A stretch of 64,000 nucleotides of DNA. It comes from Phoronis australis. Its lineage: Eukaryota > Animalia > Phoronida. This document shows, piece by piece, positions 1 to 13,200 of this stretch (position 1 is its first letter; each line of letters begins with the position of its first letter). A program made the translations under genes and the position numbers. The stretch covers positions 225,347-289,346 of the forward strand of contig NMRA01000331.1 of the NCBI GenBank assembly GCA_002633005.1, written 5' to 3'. The notes beneath the pieces were generated by a model. It had not been told where the DNA came from and did not search any database. It saw nothing but the letters and a program-made list of their open reading frames with translations.

Positions 1-829
1 TGACTAATTAAACCAGCAGAAGATTTTTTACACCATAAAGACAAATATTTTAAAATATGGATCGGTTGCTGTGGAAGAATTTAGTCAGGTATTCATCCAA
101 AATTATACATCTTCATACAATAATTATACATCTTTAATACAACAATTATACATCTTTAAACAATAATTATAATCTTTATACAATAATTGGACCTTTGGTG
201 CCGCTTGATACAGTTCTTCAGTAAAAATTCAGGACGAAGTGACATTTACAAAAATGTGATAATTTAATTACTCCAACTTAGGTATCTGGAATTTGCAGAC
301 AAAGGTTTTCCCACAGGAAAAGAACAAGCAAACATCTCTTGTGTAGCTTTGAAATGTGCTGTGGACAGAACATTACATAGGTTGCAGTGTAGGACTTTCC
401 ATTGAAGAAGGTAAAAATTTGTGATCCTGATACATGCGGTGTGTGTTATTCCAAATAAAAGACATTGGAACATATTTTTACGGTTGTTATATCATCAAAG
501 AAAGTGAACTCTGGGAAAAACACTATTCATGACAAAGAAACAAATTGAATGTTGTTTTAAACACCTGTTGCATAGTTGTCAACATTCGATAAGGAAATGA
601 AAAGCAGGATTTCTAGATAAAAAGCGAGACATCTGCGTCCCGATTTTCTTTTTTTAGTCAAACGAGAAAATAGGGCTTTGTCGCGTGGGAAATTAAAATA
701 GTATATTTGAAAACATTTCAATTTCGCCGTTTGCCATAAAGAATAACCAATGCAATTGTCGGGTTTGTTGACTAATTTTGCCGGGAAATCGCTGGTTGTC
801 TGAAATGTAGTTCAAAAGCCTAGCTTGGT

Positions 830-1640
830 GCATTGAAATGCGCCCACGAATGCATCGCAAAAGGTGTGTTTTTAGGGTTGCTCATTTGTGTCATAGAAAT
901 GGCCACTAGATGACACAAAAACAAACAATCCATCTGAAAACGGGAACATGTCATTGCTTCTTTAATAGAAAGCGATACACCAAATTTCATACAAATTTGT
1001 TATGGAACTTTAGAGAAACAAAGGAAAACAGAATAAAATGAAATTGCCAATAGGGAGCACAATGTTCATTGGATCCGCCTGAAAGTCGTCATTGTCTGTT
1101 ATTAGCTTCACATAAATACACTTAAAAATTTTAATAAAGATCTCGCTGTAGGTTTAGGAGATACAGCTATGAGGGCAAAACAAACAAAACTACCACTAGG
1201 TGCCGCCAGGGTAGTCAAAGTCGTCATCATCAACCGTACTCTTCACACTGAGCACATAAATGCCAATTTTCATCCTTAGAATGATTTGGTTCATAGAGAG
1301 GTAGACGCCAAAAAAACAGACCCGAAAACAGCAAAAATGGCCACTAGCTGCCGCAAAGTACCTTGATTCCATCCAAAAACGGGAGGATAGCGTCATCTCA
1401 CCAATAGATGCCCGTATTCAACATTTTATGAAAGTCTGTTGAGGACCTTTGAAGATACAGAGGTAAACGTAAAACTAAAATTGCCACCAGGGGGCATAGC
1501 AGTAGTCAGATCCATCCCAAAATCATCGTCTCACTAATAGATGCCTATATACCAAATTTTATGAAAATACGTTGAGGACCTTTGAAGACATAGAGGTAAA
1601 CGAAAAAAACTAAAACTGCCACTGTTGGCGCATAATAAAA
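830..1640 (-). mobile_element. DINE-1/HINE-like non-autonomous Helentron copy with ~150-bp internal repeats
   Basis: ATGCGCCCAC subterminal motif at ~838, ccactag-containing subunits shared with other copies, ends ggcgcataataaaa. Confidence 0.65.
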
Positions 1641-1789
1641 ATGACAAAATGAAAATGAAGCAATGAAATTGGGTTTGATTTGATAACTTACAACACTCGA
1701 TAAAGTCTCGGTCGATCAGACAATCGGAAGTTCAAAGTGCAAACTCTCGCGGCTAGTCTCGGTGTCGAAAGCTCTAACATGGGCGCACC

Positions 1790-1993
1790 CAGGGAGGCTC
1801 GGGGGGGCTCGGCGAATTGAGCAAAAAGGTCCGCCTCAATGAAACAAAAAGTCCGAGCAAACGACACAAAAGTCCACGGTATTCGGCGCGGAGGCACACC
1901 TCGTAGGCCTGAACCTAGTGGCCCCGTTTTTTTTAGTTCTCGTTGGTTTTTTTCAGTGAAAGGTCCGCATAACGAAAAATTCGAGCCCTCCTG
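1790..1993. mobile_element. Small hAT-like MITE
   Basis: TIR cagggaggctcg / cgagccctcctg. Confidence 0.5.
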
Positions 1994-4236
1994 TATTTTA
2001 AGCTGAGTGCGCGCATGTCTAATAATAGAACTCATGCCTACGATGTAAGGTAACAAAGGGAAAGTTGCCGCCAACAGTTAATACACTATGATGAACCAAT
2101 TGAAGAAAATATTATTTCTAAAATGTGTCTACTTTTTTCCGCCATAATCTTAAATATCAAATTAAAAAGAGTAATTAATTAAGTTGCCAAAAAAGTTGTA
2201 ACTACCCCGACAAAGCCGCAGGTCCCCTAACGGCGTCCAGCGAAGCAGGTTTGCAATGTAACGTTTCTTTGAACGCGTGCAAATACCTTCGTGGTCGTCT
2301 AATATGAGAACGAGTTTGATTACAGTAACATAATCAGCTTTGTTTAGTTGTAATAATGCCACGTTTTCGCTTAATTACCACCACGATTTGCACCCGTTAT
2401 CGACTTCTGTCTCAATAGTTGCTTAGACTGGCCGATCGATTGCCCAACTACACGTAGATACACTCATATACATGCACTCAACTCGCCTGTGAGCCTCCGT
2501 CTAACACGATCAACAACATGCGATGTACGCTTGACGACGAGGGATAAAATCTGAAAATAAACTGTTAGAAACTGGACTTGCATTAGACTTGACTAAAGTT
2601 CTGCAAATGTTGTTTAAATTCATTCATCAAAGCACATGGTCGGTGCCTCTCAGCACAATAACGGAACTACAAAAATAACCCAATATAGGTACGCTTACCT
2701 TGTATTACATTTGTATTTCTAAATAAGTGACGCTGCCTAGTAGATAATTGGAGAACCACGTGAGATAAAGTAGTTTCTTTAGATTAAAATCAAGCCAGAA
2801 TTCAATGAAACACAGTTCTGTGAAGCTTCAAAGTACTGAAGACGTTAATTCTTGGAAAAACAAACGAAATAATTCATGTTTTTTCATTTGGTAATGCGCC
2901 ACGATACATTCTTAAGATGCTATAAACCTTAAATGCATCTTACAATCAGGCTCTCTAGTTAATGCATTACCTTAAAGACAAGTTCGACATCAAAGAGACT
3001 TGTGATTCTCTTAAGCATCCTTTACATATTTGTGGGGCAAAAAGTTAAGTGGAGCCGAGACTTTAGTTTTTCTGATATACGGTGTTATTGTCGTTTTAGT
3101 GTAAATTTATCACGGAATTGATGTGCTCTGCGAGTTATTTTCATCACATTGTTCCTAAAGTAGCAATAACCATGACTGCTTTTCATTGATTTGTTTGTTT
3201 TTTATTCTGTCATGCGACTGTTTCTCATGCAAATTTAAGTTATCACTTGCTTTTTGACAGGATAATCATTTTCCTTTGTCTTGGACAATCTTTAAAGATC
3301 ATAAAAGTTTTCTTTAAAATGCTTTGTTCAACTTCAAATGATTTTCCACAACTCAACGAAACGCTCGTAATTTGAATTCGCTTGTCCGAAAACACTGTCG
3401 AACGATAATAAAGGACAAGAGCATCCTCTCAACCAGAATGACTTCTATTTTTAGTCTGCAGAGTACGTTTCCTGACAAAAATATATTTATGTCTGTGACC
3501 AACGCACTGGTTCTTTATTTGAATCCTACCAGCTAAGAAATGATATTGGCGTATAGCGCTTCCTGTGAATACTAAACACTCCTTTGTGCAAAACTTTATT
3601 CCAAGTACTCGGTTACAGTTTTAATTGCTCTCTATCAAAATCTCAACTTTCATCGTAACGTATTTCTAACGACGATGACTTCTGTTTTCACGAACGTATA
3701 CATATTCTGTTTTCACGAACCTACACATAAGAACAGTCCAATATAACCGCAAACCGATGGTCGTTTTCAATTACGTCCTTAACAAACTAGGACCACAAAA
3801 AGGAAAGAACTACTTCCTGTACATCAATCGCATTGGCCTTGAAAACGACTCTCTCTTTAGGACGCGTACCTTCACGTCTTCATATAAGCTTTATTATGTT
3901 AAATACTTCCCTTCAATTTGCAATAATTAAGTAGCACTCGATACGAACACGTTATTAATTCCTGAATAAGCTTTGTTCTCATCTCCCCAGGCTGCATAAT
4001 ATACGAGTTAAGATTTTGCCCGCTAACGTCAAGAGTGTTATTCTTCGATTGTTAGCGCCGCTATACTTACTATCAACCTCAAAAATAGAAAAGGTCGTGG
4101 AAACGGTATTCACCCGAAATAAATCGTCCACGAAATAAGGGAAGTTGATGCATACCCGAACCCTTCAGCACGACATTCCTTCACCGTCTGAAGGTCTAAC
4201 CACCTCCACATGAGCCATGGCCGCTTCCCCCTCACT

Positions 4237-4490
4237 AAGGCGGCGGATTTAGGGGGGGCAAGGAGGCCATGGCCCCCCTAAAATTCTCCCAGATACCATT
4301 TGACAGTTAGGGGCGCGAATTGCTGACTAGCATATGCGCGCATCCAGGGGGCCTCGGGGGACGAATGCAAATGCATAGGCCTTGAACAAACCCCGTTTAC
4401 CTTTTTTTAGTAATGAGGTCGCATGTGGCGAAATTCTGGTTATTCCTGTGCCCTGGACCCCCCTAACTCAAAATCCTGGATCCGCCCCTG
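4237..4490. mobile_element. hAT-like GC-rich MITE
   Basis: Ends aggcggcggatttag / ctggatccgcccctg with poly-G/C internal tracts. Confidence 0.55.
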
Positions 4491-5870
4491 CACCCACTGT
4501 TAGAATTTGCTATTTATTTCTGTCTCTAGATCTATTTTTTCCAGATAGTCATGTAGATGATCAAAATGGCCATTTCTTTTATTATTCTACCTTTCTCTTC
4601 CGGTAAAAATGCTAATATTTTGTTTGTAATTTACTGTACTTGTTTTCATTAAAGTTTAATATTCGACAACATCTGCATTTACGAAGTTGTCTCAAGTGTA
4701 TGCGTTGTTTTACGGTAGCAACTGAGCCTCCTGAAGACCAGTGCTTTTAGAAGTCATACACCTGGTCTTAGCTAAGACGGTCCTAACTTCAACTCTTGCT
4801 GGCACACCTTTCATGAAGTGGTATATATGAAGACGTTATGAAGAACGGTTACGTTTACGCCAGTTGCAGTTTTGCCCTCGCTTTACCAATAACGTGTCTG
4901 CTACCGTCTTAAAGGGACACTATCGCATTTTTGAGATTGTTGTCGGAAGCGATAGTCTTCTTGAAGTGATTAGCTTTGACCGAAACTACAAAATGACAAA
5001 ATTCATTGTGTTTCGTGGTTGAAATCAAAGTCGGTGACTTTACCTCTTTAAAGAGATATTGAACGCGAAAGCTCGTCAAAAATATCTTTCAAACAACTCC
5101 TTACGAAAGTGCCGTCTCTCAACGTCTTCTACAGAGTTTTTCGCTTTACCCTGTGAGGGAATTTCAAGAAAAAATCACAAAATTCACGATTTTTGAAATA
5201 AGCGCGATGCAAAAACTCTGTACTCACCACAGAGTTCAAAATCTACCTTCCACTTATGACAAATGCGCGCGTACGCTCACACACAAACAGCTCACTGACG
5301 AGATGGATATTTTAAACGGCATATTATCATGTGTGGTCGCACTTCAAATCTGAGGTCGACAGCACAGTACGAGGCAAGATAATGATACAAGCGACATCCC
5401 ATAAAAATTCTACGTGCATTTTATATTACATTTGAATACTACGATACCTTTATAACTAATTTCAAACACTTAGGACTTACATCAATTCCCTCTTAATCGA
5501 GTTGGCTGTTAATTGAATTCACCATCGTTTTATTAACATCGAAGGTCAAAGGTCACATTTTCCATATAAGGAAAATATGCTACGCCAATATCTTGTCATA
5601 CCAAATAAGGCGAAGTGCTTTTCATTGCGGGAAGAAATCGACTAAGTGACGAACAGTTGACTGATCGTTTTTTTTTGAACATCGAGACTAAAAGAAAAAT
5701 GCTTTGATATCAAGAGAAATTCAAAATGTTTACGAATGAACCGTAAAAATATCTGTTGAACAGTTTGAACTCTGTTTCAGTGGCAGAGAACCACTTTGAA
5801 TTGTCAAATTGGTCTGTTTTTCGCGTTACATGCCTCTTTGAAATACCGTGACATCTAGCGATCGAGTGTG

Positions 5871-5935
5871 GTTTAGCTCCACTATCAAAGCATTAAACTG
5901 CGAGCGCGAGCATTGCAGGTTCGATTCCGTGCTGA
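5871..5935 (+). mobile_element. tRNA-derived SINE head remnant
   Basis: Perfect B-box GGTTCGATTCC at 5918-5928 with a degenerate upstream A-box; no complete cloverleaf. Confidence 0.35.
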
Positions 5936-6339
5936 GACTGATCTCAGAAAATCATTTTTCTGATCGATAATATCTCTTTAATTACGACCAGTCATACGAC
6001 CTTTAATAAAACAGAGCCTGGTCCCCTGTCCACGAAAAATGACCAAACGCTTAATTATGTTTTAAGCTCTAACTTTGCTATTTTTTCCAATGTAATTGTG
6101 AGAGAATCGCATATTAGCAATAAGCTGTACAAATTATTTGAGTAATTACCAATTAAGGGTATATTTTCAAACACTTTGCACTTTGCGGTAGTGAGACTGA
6201 GTTGTGAGTAGTGAAAGTCTAGTATAATAATAGTAATAATAATAATGAAAATTATAATGATAATGATAATAATTATCTAATTACATTTATGTCTTTTTTC
6301 AACAATGTACATTCATGTTAAAACAGAATCGGTGTACTG

Positions 6340-7120
6340 CCAGACACGAGACTAAACATTATTCAAAAAATACAATAATTACAATTACTATGGATTCACT
6401 TTCATTACCCTTTTCCTCTAAGAAGCAGGTCCAAGCAACCAATCGCAAATCCTTTTCATTGTCAATATGATAGACATCAAAGAGAACAAAATTTCCTCAT
6501 CATTAAAAGAAAGTTGGCGTCCAGTTCCTTAATCAAATCTGATCTAAGGTTAAGGTAAATGGGCATTGTATCAAAACAACTTTTGTCGTCGATAACCCAA
6601 CACTGGCATTGGTTACACATTCTATTCTCGTACCTCACACTGCAATACCTACCTAGCTCAACATGAATGGGGACAGTACCTCACACCGCAATACCTACCT
6701 AGGTCAACATGAATGGGGACAGTACCTCACACCGCAATACCTACCTAGCTCAACATGAATGGGGACAGTACCTGACCTGAAAGCTGCCACAACCTGTGCC
6801 TCCCTTCGACCCAGAATAGACTTATAATTTCTGTACATTCTAAGTTTGTTTCCTGGCCTTGATCTATGACCCTGCTAATATCTAACCACGCTCAACCACT
6901 GCAAATGCTCATTGTCAAAAACTGCTATCATCTGATTACCCTGCACTGACTCCAGTTTGCTGGTGTTCTTATATTAAATAAACCGCTCATCATTTGCATG
7001 GCACCAGTTTCAAAATTCAATGACAATTTATAGTTCCACTCAACAATGTCCCTTGGCAATCTGAATTTTGAGCAATCTAATTTAAGCTTCTTGAGGCATG
7101 CACTTATTTAATGTTTTTCT
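6340..7120 (-). mobile_element. LINE (L2/CR1-like) 3' remnant
   Basis: Minus-strand AAFRSGTVPIHVELGRY resembles the C-terminal region of L2-group ORF2; disrupted. Confidence 0.5.
6630..6773. repeat. 46-bp tandem repeat x3
   Basis: gtacctcacac(t/c)gcaatacctacctagctcaacatgaatggggaca. Confidence 0.9.
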
Positions 7121-7153
7121 CCAACAAAAATGGCCAGAAATGTAAGTAAAGAT

Positions 7154-8794
7154 ACAAGAGCAACGCGGAGCGTTGGAATGCGCCCACAATGCATCGCAAA
7201 CCGTGTGCTTCTAGTTATTTATTTGTATCGTAAAAATTGCCACTAGATGGCGCAAAACGTCTAATACATCTGAAAACGGAACACGCCATCGCTTCTATTT
7301 GCCAAATTTCATAAAAATTTGTCAAGGAACTTCAGAGAAACAAAGGAAAACGGAAAAAATGAAATGAAATTGCCGCCTGAAAGCTGTCGCCGTCTATTGC
7401 TAGCTTCATATAAATACACTTACTAATTTTAATAAAGATCCTGCAGTGGGTTAAGGAAATACAGCTATGGGCGCAAAACAAAATAACCACTAGGATGCAC
7501 CACAGTATTCGAAGGCGTCATCGTCAACCGTCCTCACAAACTGAGAACAATAGGCGCCAATTTTCAAAATCATCCTTAGAATGGTTTTGGTTGATAGAGA
7601 GGTAGATGCCAAAAAACAGACTCGAAAACGGCCACTTGGTGGCACAAAATACCTCGAATCCGTACGAAAACGGCAGGATAGGGTCACCTCACCAATAGAT
7701 GCCTATATTCTAAATTTTATGAAGCTCCATTGCCGAGGACCTTTGAATATACAGAGGTAAATGAAAAAAACTAAAATTGACACTAGGGGGCACACTGGAA
7801 GTCGGATTCATGCGAAAGTCGTCGTCGACTGTTGTCAACATCACGTAAATAAACTTGCAAACGGTTCAAGGAGATACAGCCATGGGCTCGAAAAAGCAAA
7901 ACTGCCACTAGAAGGTACCATAGTAGTCGAGTCGTCTGAAAACCATCGTCAACCATCCCCTTCATAGTAAGAAAATATATGCTAATTTTCACAATCATCC
8001 TTACAATGGTTTGGTTGATAGAGGGGTGGACTCGAAAACAGTAAAAATGGCCACTAGGTGGCGCAAAATACCTCGAATCCATCCTAAAACGGAAGGATAG
8101 CGTCATCTCACTAATAGATGCTCATCTGCCAAGTTTTGTGAAAACCTGATACAGAGTTAAACGTAAAAAACTAAAATTGCCACTAGGGGGTGCAACCGTA
8201 GGTAGTCTGATCCATGGGAAAGTCGTCGTTTGTTGTCAACATCATATAAATATACTTGCTACATTTAGTAAAATATTCGGCAAACTGTTTAGCAGATACA
8301 GCTATGGGCCCAAAAAAACAAAACTGCCACTAGGAGGCGCCACAGTAGTCGAAGTTGTCAGAAAATCGTCGGCCGCCCTCTTCACAGTACGAACATATAT
8401 GCTAATTTTCAAAATCATACCCAGAGCGGTTTGGTTGATAGAAGGGCGGACGCCAAAAAACAGACTCGAAAACAGTAAAAATGGTCACTAAGTGGAGCAA
8501 AGTACCTCGAATCCGTCCGAAAACGTAAGGATGGCATCATCTCACTAATAGATGTCTAACTGCCAAATTTTATGAAAATCCGTTGAGGACCTCCAAAGAT
8601 GCATAGGTAAGCGTAACAAACTAAAATTGTTACTAGGGGGCACACCGGTAGTCAGAGAGGTCCAAAATTCATTGACATCCGTCGTCAGCTTGATAGAAAC
8701 ACAAATGCCAAATTTCAACAACATCGTGTGAGTGGCTTAGGAAATACAGTTGCGGACGCCGGACGACAGACGCTCGGACGCCCAGACATAAAAA
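7154..8794 (-). mobile_element. DINE-1/HINE-like element, near full length
   Basis: ACAAGAG + CAACGC-gga-GCGTTG hairpin + ATGCGCCCAC at one end, ~10 internal subunits, (GGAC)n-like tract and cataaaaa at the other end. Confidence 0.75.
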
Positions 8795-9959
8795 TATTGA
8801 ATAAACTTGCGGGCCAGTAACCTTTTTCGGGCTTGAAAAACCTTGTCTTATGAGTCTTGGTGATCATTGTTCTCCAAGCTGGAACGAACTCTCATTTCGG
8901 CAATATAATTATATATATAACAACCTTGGAATCCGGGTAACATGGCAACAGTGGTACAACGTATTAAATTATAATACTTTTTATTTTATCATGTAAATTC
9001 ATATTAGGATGTCAAAGTTTGATCTTAATTATTCACCTGGTAGATTCAAAACGATTACGATACAAAGGGACAGTTTCGCGTGCACAAGTTTAGAAAAAAC
9101 ATTTTTTGCAATGCTCATACCTAACGTGATTATATTTTACATAAGCAAAAAATTCAACATCCTATGACAACCATTTTTTAAACAACAAAGTTTTCAGAGT
9201 ACGTTTACTTTCCCAGAAAGTACTTAACCAGTAATTGTTTAGTATGACTTGATGCTTGAATGATATCGACCAGCTTGAACAATGAAGACGAGCTTTCCAG
9301 CTTGAAAAAGACCACTGAGTAAGGATTATACAAACAGGTCGAATTTAGTGTCGTATGTTAATGAGCCATCACCAAAACCGAATTACACTAAAACATCGCC
9401 TTATGACCGATTCATCCATGTTTCCTGTCAGAGTGCATTGGGCGCTGTCTTAGTACCATGACAAATCTCTGAGCTATGTGGTATACTGCACTAACATAAC
9501 TGAAATCCAAAAGTCCCTATATAGGACAGGCATAATCCAAAAACAGTTGAACCAAAGCATCGAACAGTGTAGTGAATACCTTGCATAGTAAACCACCTCA
9601 AAGTTTATTATTATCAATTCGTAGGCCTAGAGCCCTGTTAGCTTACTGAGCAAAAGCCTGAGACATAATATTCCAAAAACCCATATGCGAAGATACCCNC
9701 CCCCCCCCCCCGTCCTACACTGATCTTTCTCATCAATTGACAAGTTACTACGTCTGAATACACTATGTGTACGAGGAATACTTAGTTTCATGGGCGGCGC
9801 CACTGAAAAAAGTGGGAGGTTATACCCCTCCAGCCCCCCCCCCGTGGTGCACCGCCCATAGACCATGTTCGGCGCAGCACTGAAAAAAGTGGAGCTATAG
9901 CCCCCTGCCCAGTCCCCTATGGTGCGATGCCCCTGAGTTTATTATTCTGAAATGCACAA

Positions 9960-10290
9960 TATTTATTTTCTCAATATCCACATTAAGTCTCATCTTCAAT
10001 TCATTCACATCATTGACTATCAGCATACATAAGGGTATGAATTCTATTGTTATTTACTGTAACAACACATTGCGACCACTTAATATCGTCTACCAAGTCA
10101 TTGACAAAACTATAAAACAAGATTGGAGACAAAATACAGCCCTGTGTGACTCCTCTAGTATCAAATTTAGGAGTTATGTGCGGAGTACAATCTTGAAATC
10201 TTACACAGCCAGATACATTGTCATGTAAAGATTTCAATGCATACAACATACTTCTTCCGACCCCCACGTTGCTCAGCTTAAACCACAAAC
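9960..10290 (-). mobile_element. LINE reverse-transcriptase fragment
   Basis: GVTQGCILSPILFYSFVNDL and LMYAD motifs in ORF 10010-10288. Confidence 0.85.
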
Positions 10291-13200
10291 TTTCCCTGTC
10301 TTCTTTAGGCCAAAAACATAAACAAGGACTACCTTGTTTGTATTTATTTCAATTATGGAAGTCGGATAACGAATATAATACAGACAATTTCGAGACTGTC
10401 TGAATTATTTTGCACTTCTCAGATCATTTTTTCTCTTTCAGTCAAGAGCCTTCACCTGTCAAAATGTAACTGTAAACTTAACAAACAAAACTTATTGGGC
10501 TTTCTTATTTACTTTCTTCCCCTGTCGTAATAGGATTGATCATTCCTAACATCCAGTCTTTGGGCTCAACCTCCAAATTAATTGATGTGGGGCCCTAGAA
10601 ACATGACGAAATAGGGCTAGCAAAATTCAGATGGAGGACTGAAACATTTGTTCTTATGATTATTTTGCTTCAAACATCACTTTTGGAGATTCAAAAAAAG
10701 ACAAGAAATTTCGTATCTTCAAGTCATGAACTTTTGCTGTCCTCTCACGGTGTACAAGCCAGATTTTTTTCGTTTTTCCACAATTTACTTTTTAAACGAC
10801 TGCAAAATTATTTGAACACTACAGTACGATAGAATAGGTTTTTCATTGTTCATGACGATGCTGAACACACAATAAGAACATTTGTTGCCGCTTTTTCCGC
10901 ATCATGTTTGGTTATTAAGATTGTGTAGGACTCTAGAAAAATGTCAAAATCTTGCGCAGCAAATTAAGTAAGTGGTGAAATATATTCTTCAATGTTAACG
11001 GAAGTCATGTCAAAAATATATGTAAGCTCTTTTACTAGGAGACGTTCGAACTCGTCCCCTAGTACGTGATATTACATATATTTTTAACAACTGACCCACA
11101 TTTTTTTGGTGCCGCGGAATGTTGGACATCGGGCCCGACTGCTCCCACCGCGGTGGGTTCGTGACTTGTCGAGTGACAGTGACTCTCGCTACTTCGGACA
11201 GGAGTCCTTAAAGGTTAACGTTAATGATCCTTCTGCACGTTCACTTATGGAAACCTTTTTACGATTTTTACTTCCTTTAGACGATCAAGTTTGAGCAGCT
11301 TCTCTGAATTAAGTAAATAAGTAAGTGCTCAACACTAAAGTCATCCTTGAGTTAGACGGCCGTGACATCAAAAGCCTCTGTCACAAACAAGTTCTAATGT
11401 TCTTGTGAATCTACGCATGCGAGAACGAGAAATTACGAGAAGGGTAGTCCACTGAAACAATGTTGATCAATCTTCATGAAGTCAAGACATCTCCAAACTA
11501 CAGATCTCAAATTCTGATAAAGAACATAGCGACCTTGGTAAAGGGAAAAGCGTGATCAATTCATTCACAACATCAGCGTTATATAATAATGCAATCTCAA
11601 TAAAACAGGGATTACAAATCGACCATAGGGCTTTTGTGTTCTCATAAGTGTGACCTTTCGTTTGGCTGAGGAAAATCAGCGATGCTCGTTTAGCGAATTG
11701 GCAGCTGAATTTCGAAGCCATAAGATTTTGCATGTAGATCTGAAAATGCACCGAGAGGAAAATATAAATAGGAATCGTACTCCATTTCGTAAGTTTTGGA
11801 CATTGATTTCTGGAAATGATTTGTAGTAACCGATATCAAAGAATAAATAAATCATGGCGTTGATGTAGCATAAGTCTTCTAGTTGGTCACATCTTAATGC
11901 TAGTCCGTTTTGCTTAGCTGTTTTCTCAAGGATAAATCGTTGCATCTGTCCGGAATAACTTGCGTCATGCCCTACATTGTTCCCTGCTTTTCAGAATCAT
12001 TTAGGTGAAAACTCTATTAAGATCATGTAGGAACCTAGAAAAATGACAAAAAAATGACTAAACTCGGGGCATCATATCTCAGAAATGATTGGTTGGATTC
12101 ATATGAAATTTTCAGATATTACAACTTATGCACTGTTTCCTAAATATCTCTTACGAATTTTTTTAAATGTTCAACTTTTGAATAAGGGGGAATCAAAAAT
12201 AGGACTAGAACTTTCGTATAAAGAAAACCCAGGTGTTGCAGAAAACTGTGAGGGTTTTTGAGATCTCATCTTGAACATTTATATCAAACGAAATTGGTCA
12301 CGTTATGGATACTGTTGTTTTGATATCAATGTGCCTTTCCTTTTCGTTAAATGTTACTAAAAAGACATGGTCACGTGACCTGCTTAATGGCAGATTGGGA
12401 AAAAGTCAAAAGCCAAATTCTAAAAGCTTTCTACTTTCAGAAATTTATACTTTTTATGAATTGAAATCTATAGTTGTTGTACATAACTGGCTAAATACAG
12501 ACTTGTCGGTTAGTTCCTACACATAATTTAACTCGCTACTCTGTGACCTCTTAATTATAAACGATGTCCATCTGTTACGTATTATGATAAAAACGATGTT
12601 TTTATCTCCGAACAGACCACACAAAGCATTGGCAGTGGGAAAAGGCCAACAACTTTGAAATGATCGACCAAATTTCCAAGATTGGGATTCTTTGTATGAA
12701 TCACAGTTGACATATAAAATCGTCTTGATGATGTCAGTTGCAGCATTATTAAAGACAATTTCGAGACTAATTTGGCGGCTGAGTTGATCAGCTTGTTTGA
12801 CGATTTTCTTTTTTTAACTGTAAGCAGGGAGGAAATGTCCCTTTAAGTCAATTTTAACGCAAACAAGTTCAGTGAACACAGTTTCTCAAATGCTCTTAAA
12901 TATGAAAAGTTTCCTATAAAATTAACAGGATTTAACACAGAGTGTTAAGATTAATATTTCAATTTTAGGTGGTGTTCCACGATGTGGCCATTGAAGGGCG
13001 CTGACCCTTACTTGGAAAAATGACTGGTAAAAACCATTAATACATATTTTGCACAGGACTGTTCCTATGCTTTGTGATATTTTTTGACGTTTTGTAAAGG
13101 GGTAACAAGGAAAAGGTATTTTAAAAGCATGTTGAGACATTTGAGTTTTTCCTTTAAGTTAGTAAAATGCACTAGATTGACAACTTGTGATGAGTTTGGG

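Noticed and set aside
5871-5935. Possible tRNA gene
   Set aside because: B-box present but no acceptor or anticodon stems; treated as a SINE remnant
7490-8491. Recurrent MTLSxRFxMDSRYF-like ORFs (also 1196, 44490, 51692)
   Set aside because: Translations of the non-coding HINE tandem subunits; frames are not conserved between copies
4910-12846. ttaaagggaca...tgtccctttaa as ends of one 8-kb Kolobok element
   Set aside because: Only 7 bp of TIR match beyond TTAA; likely ends of different elements
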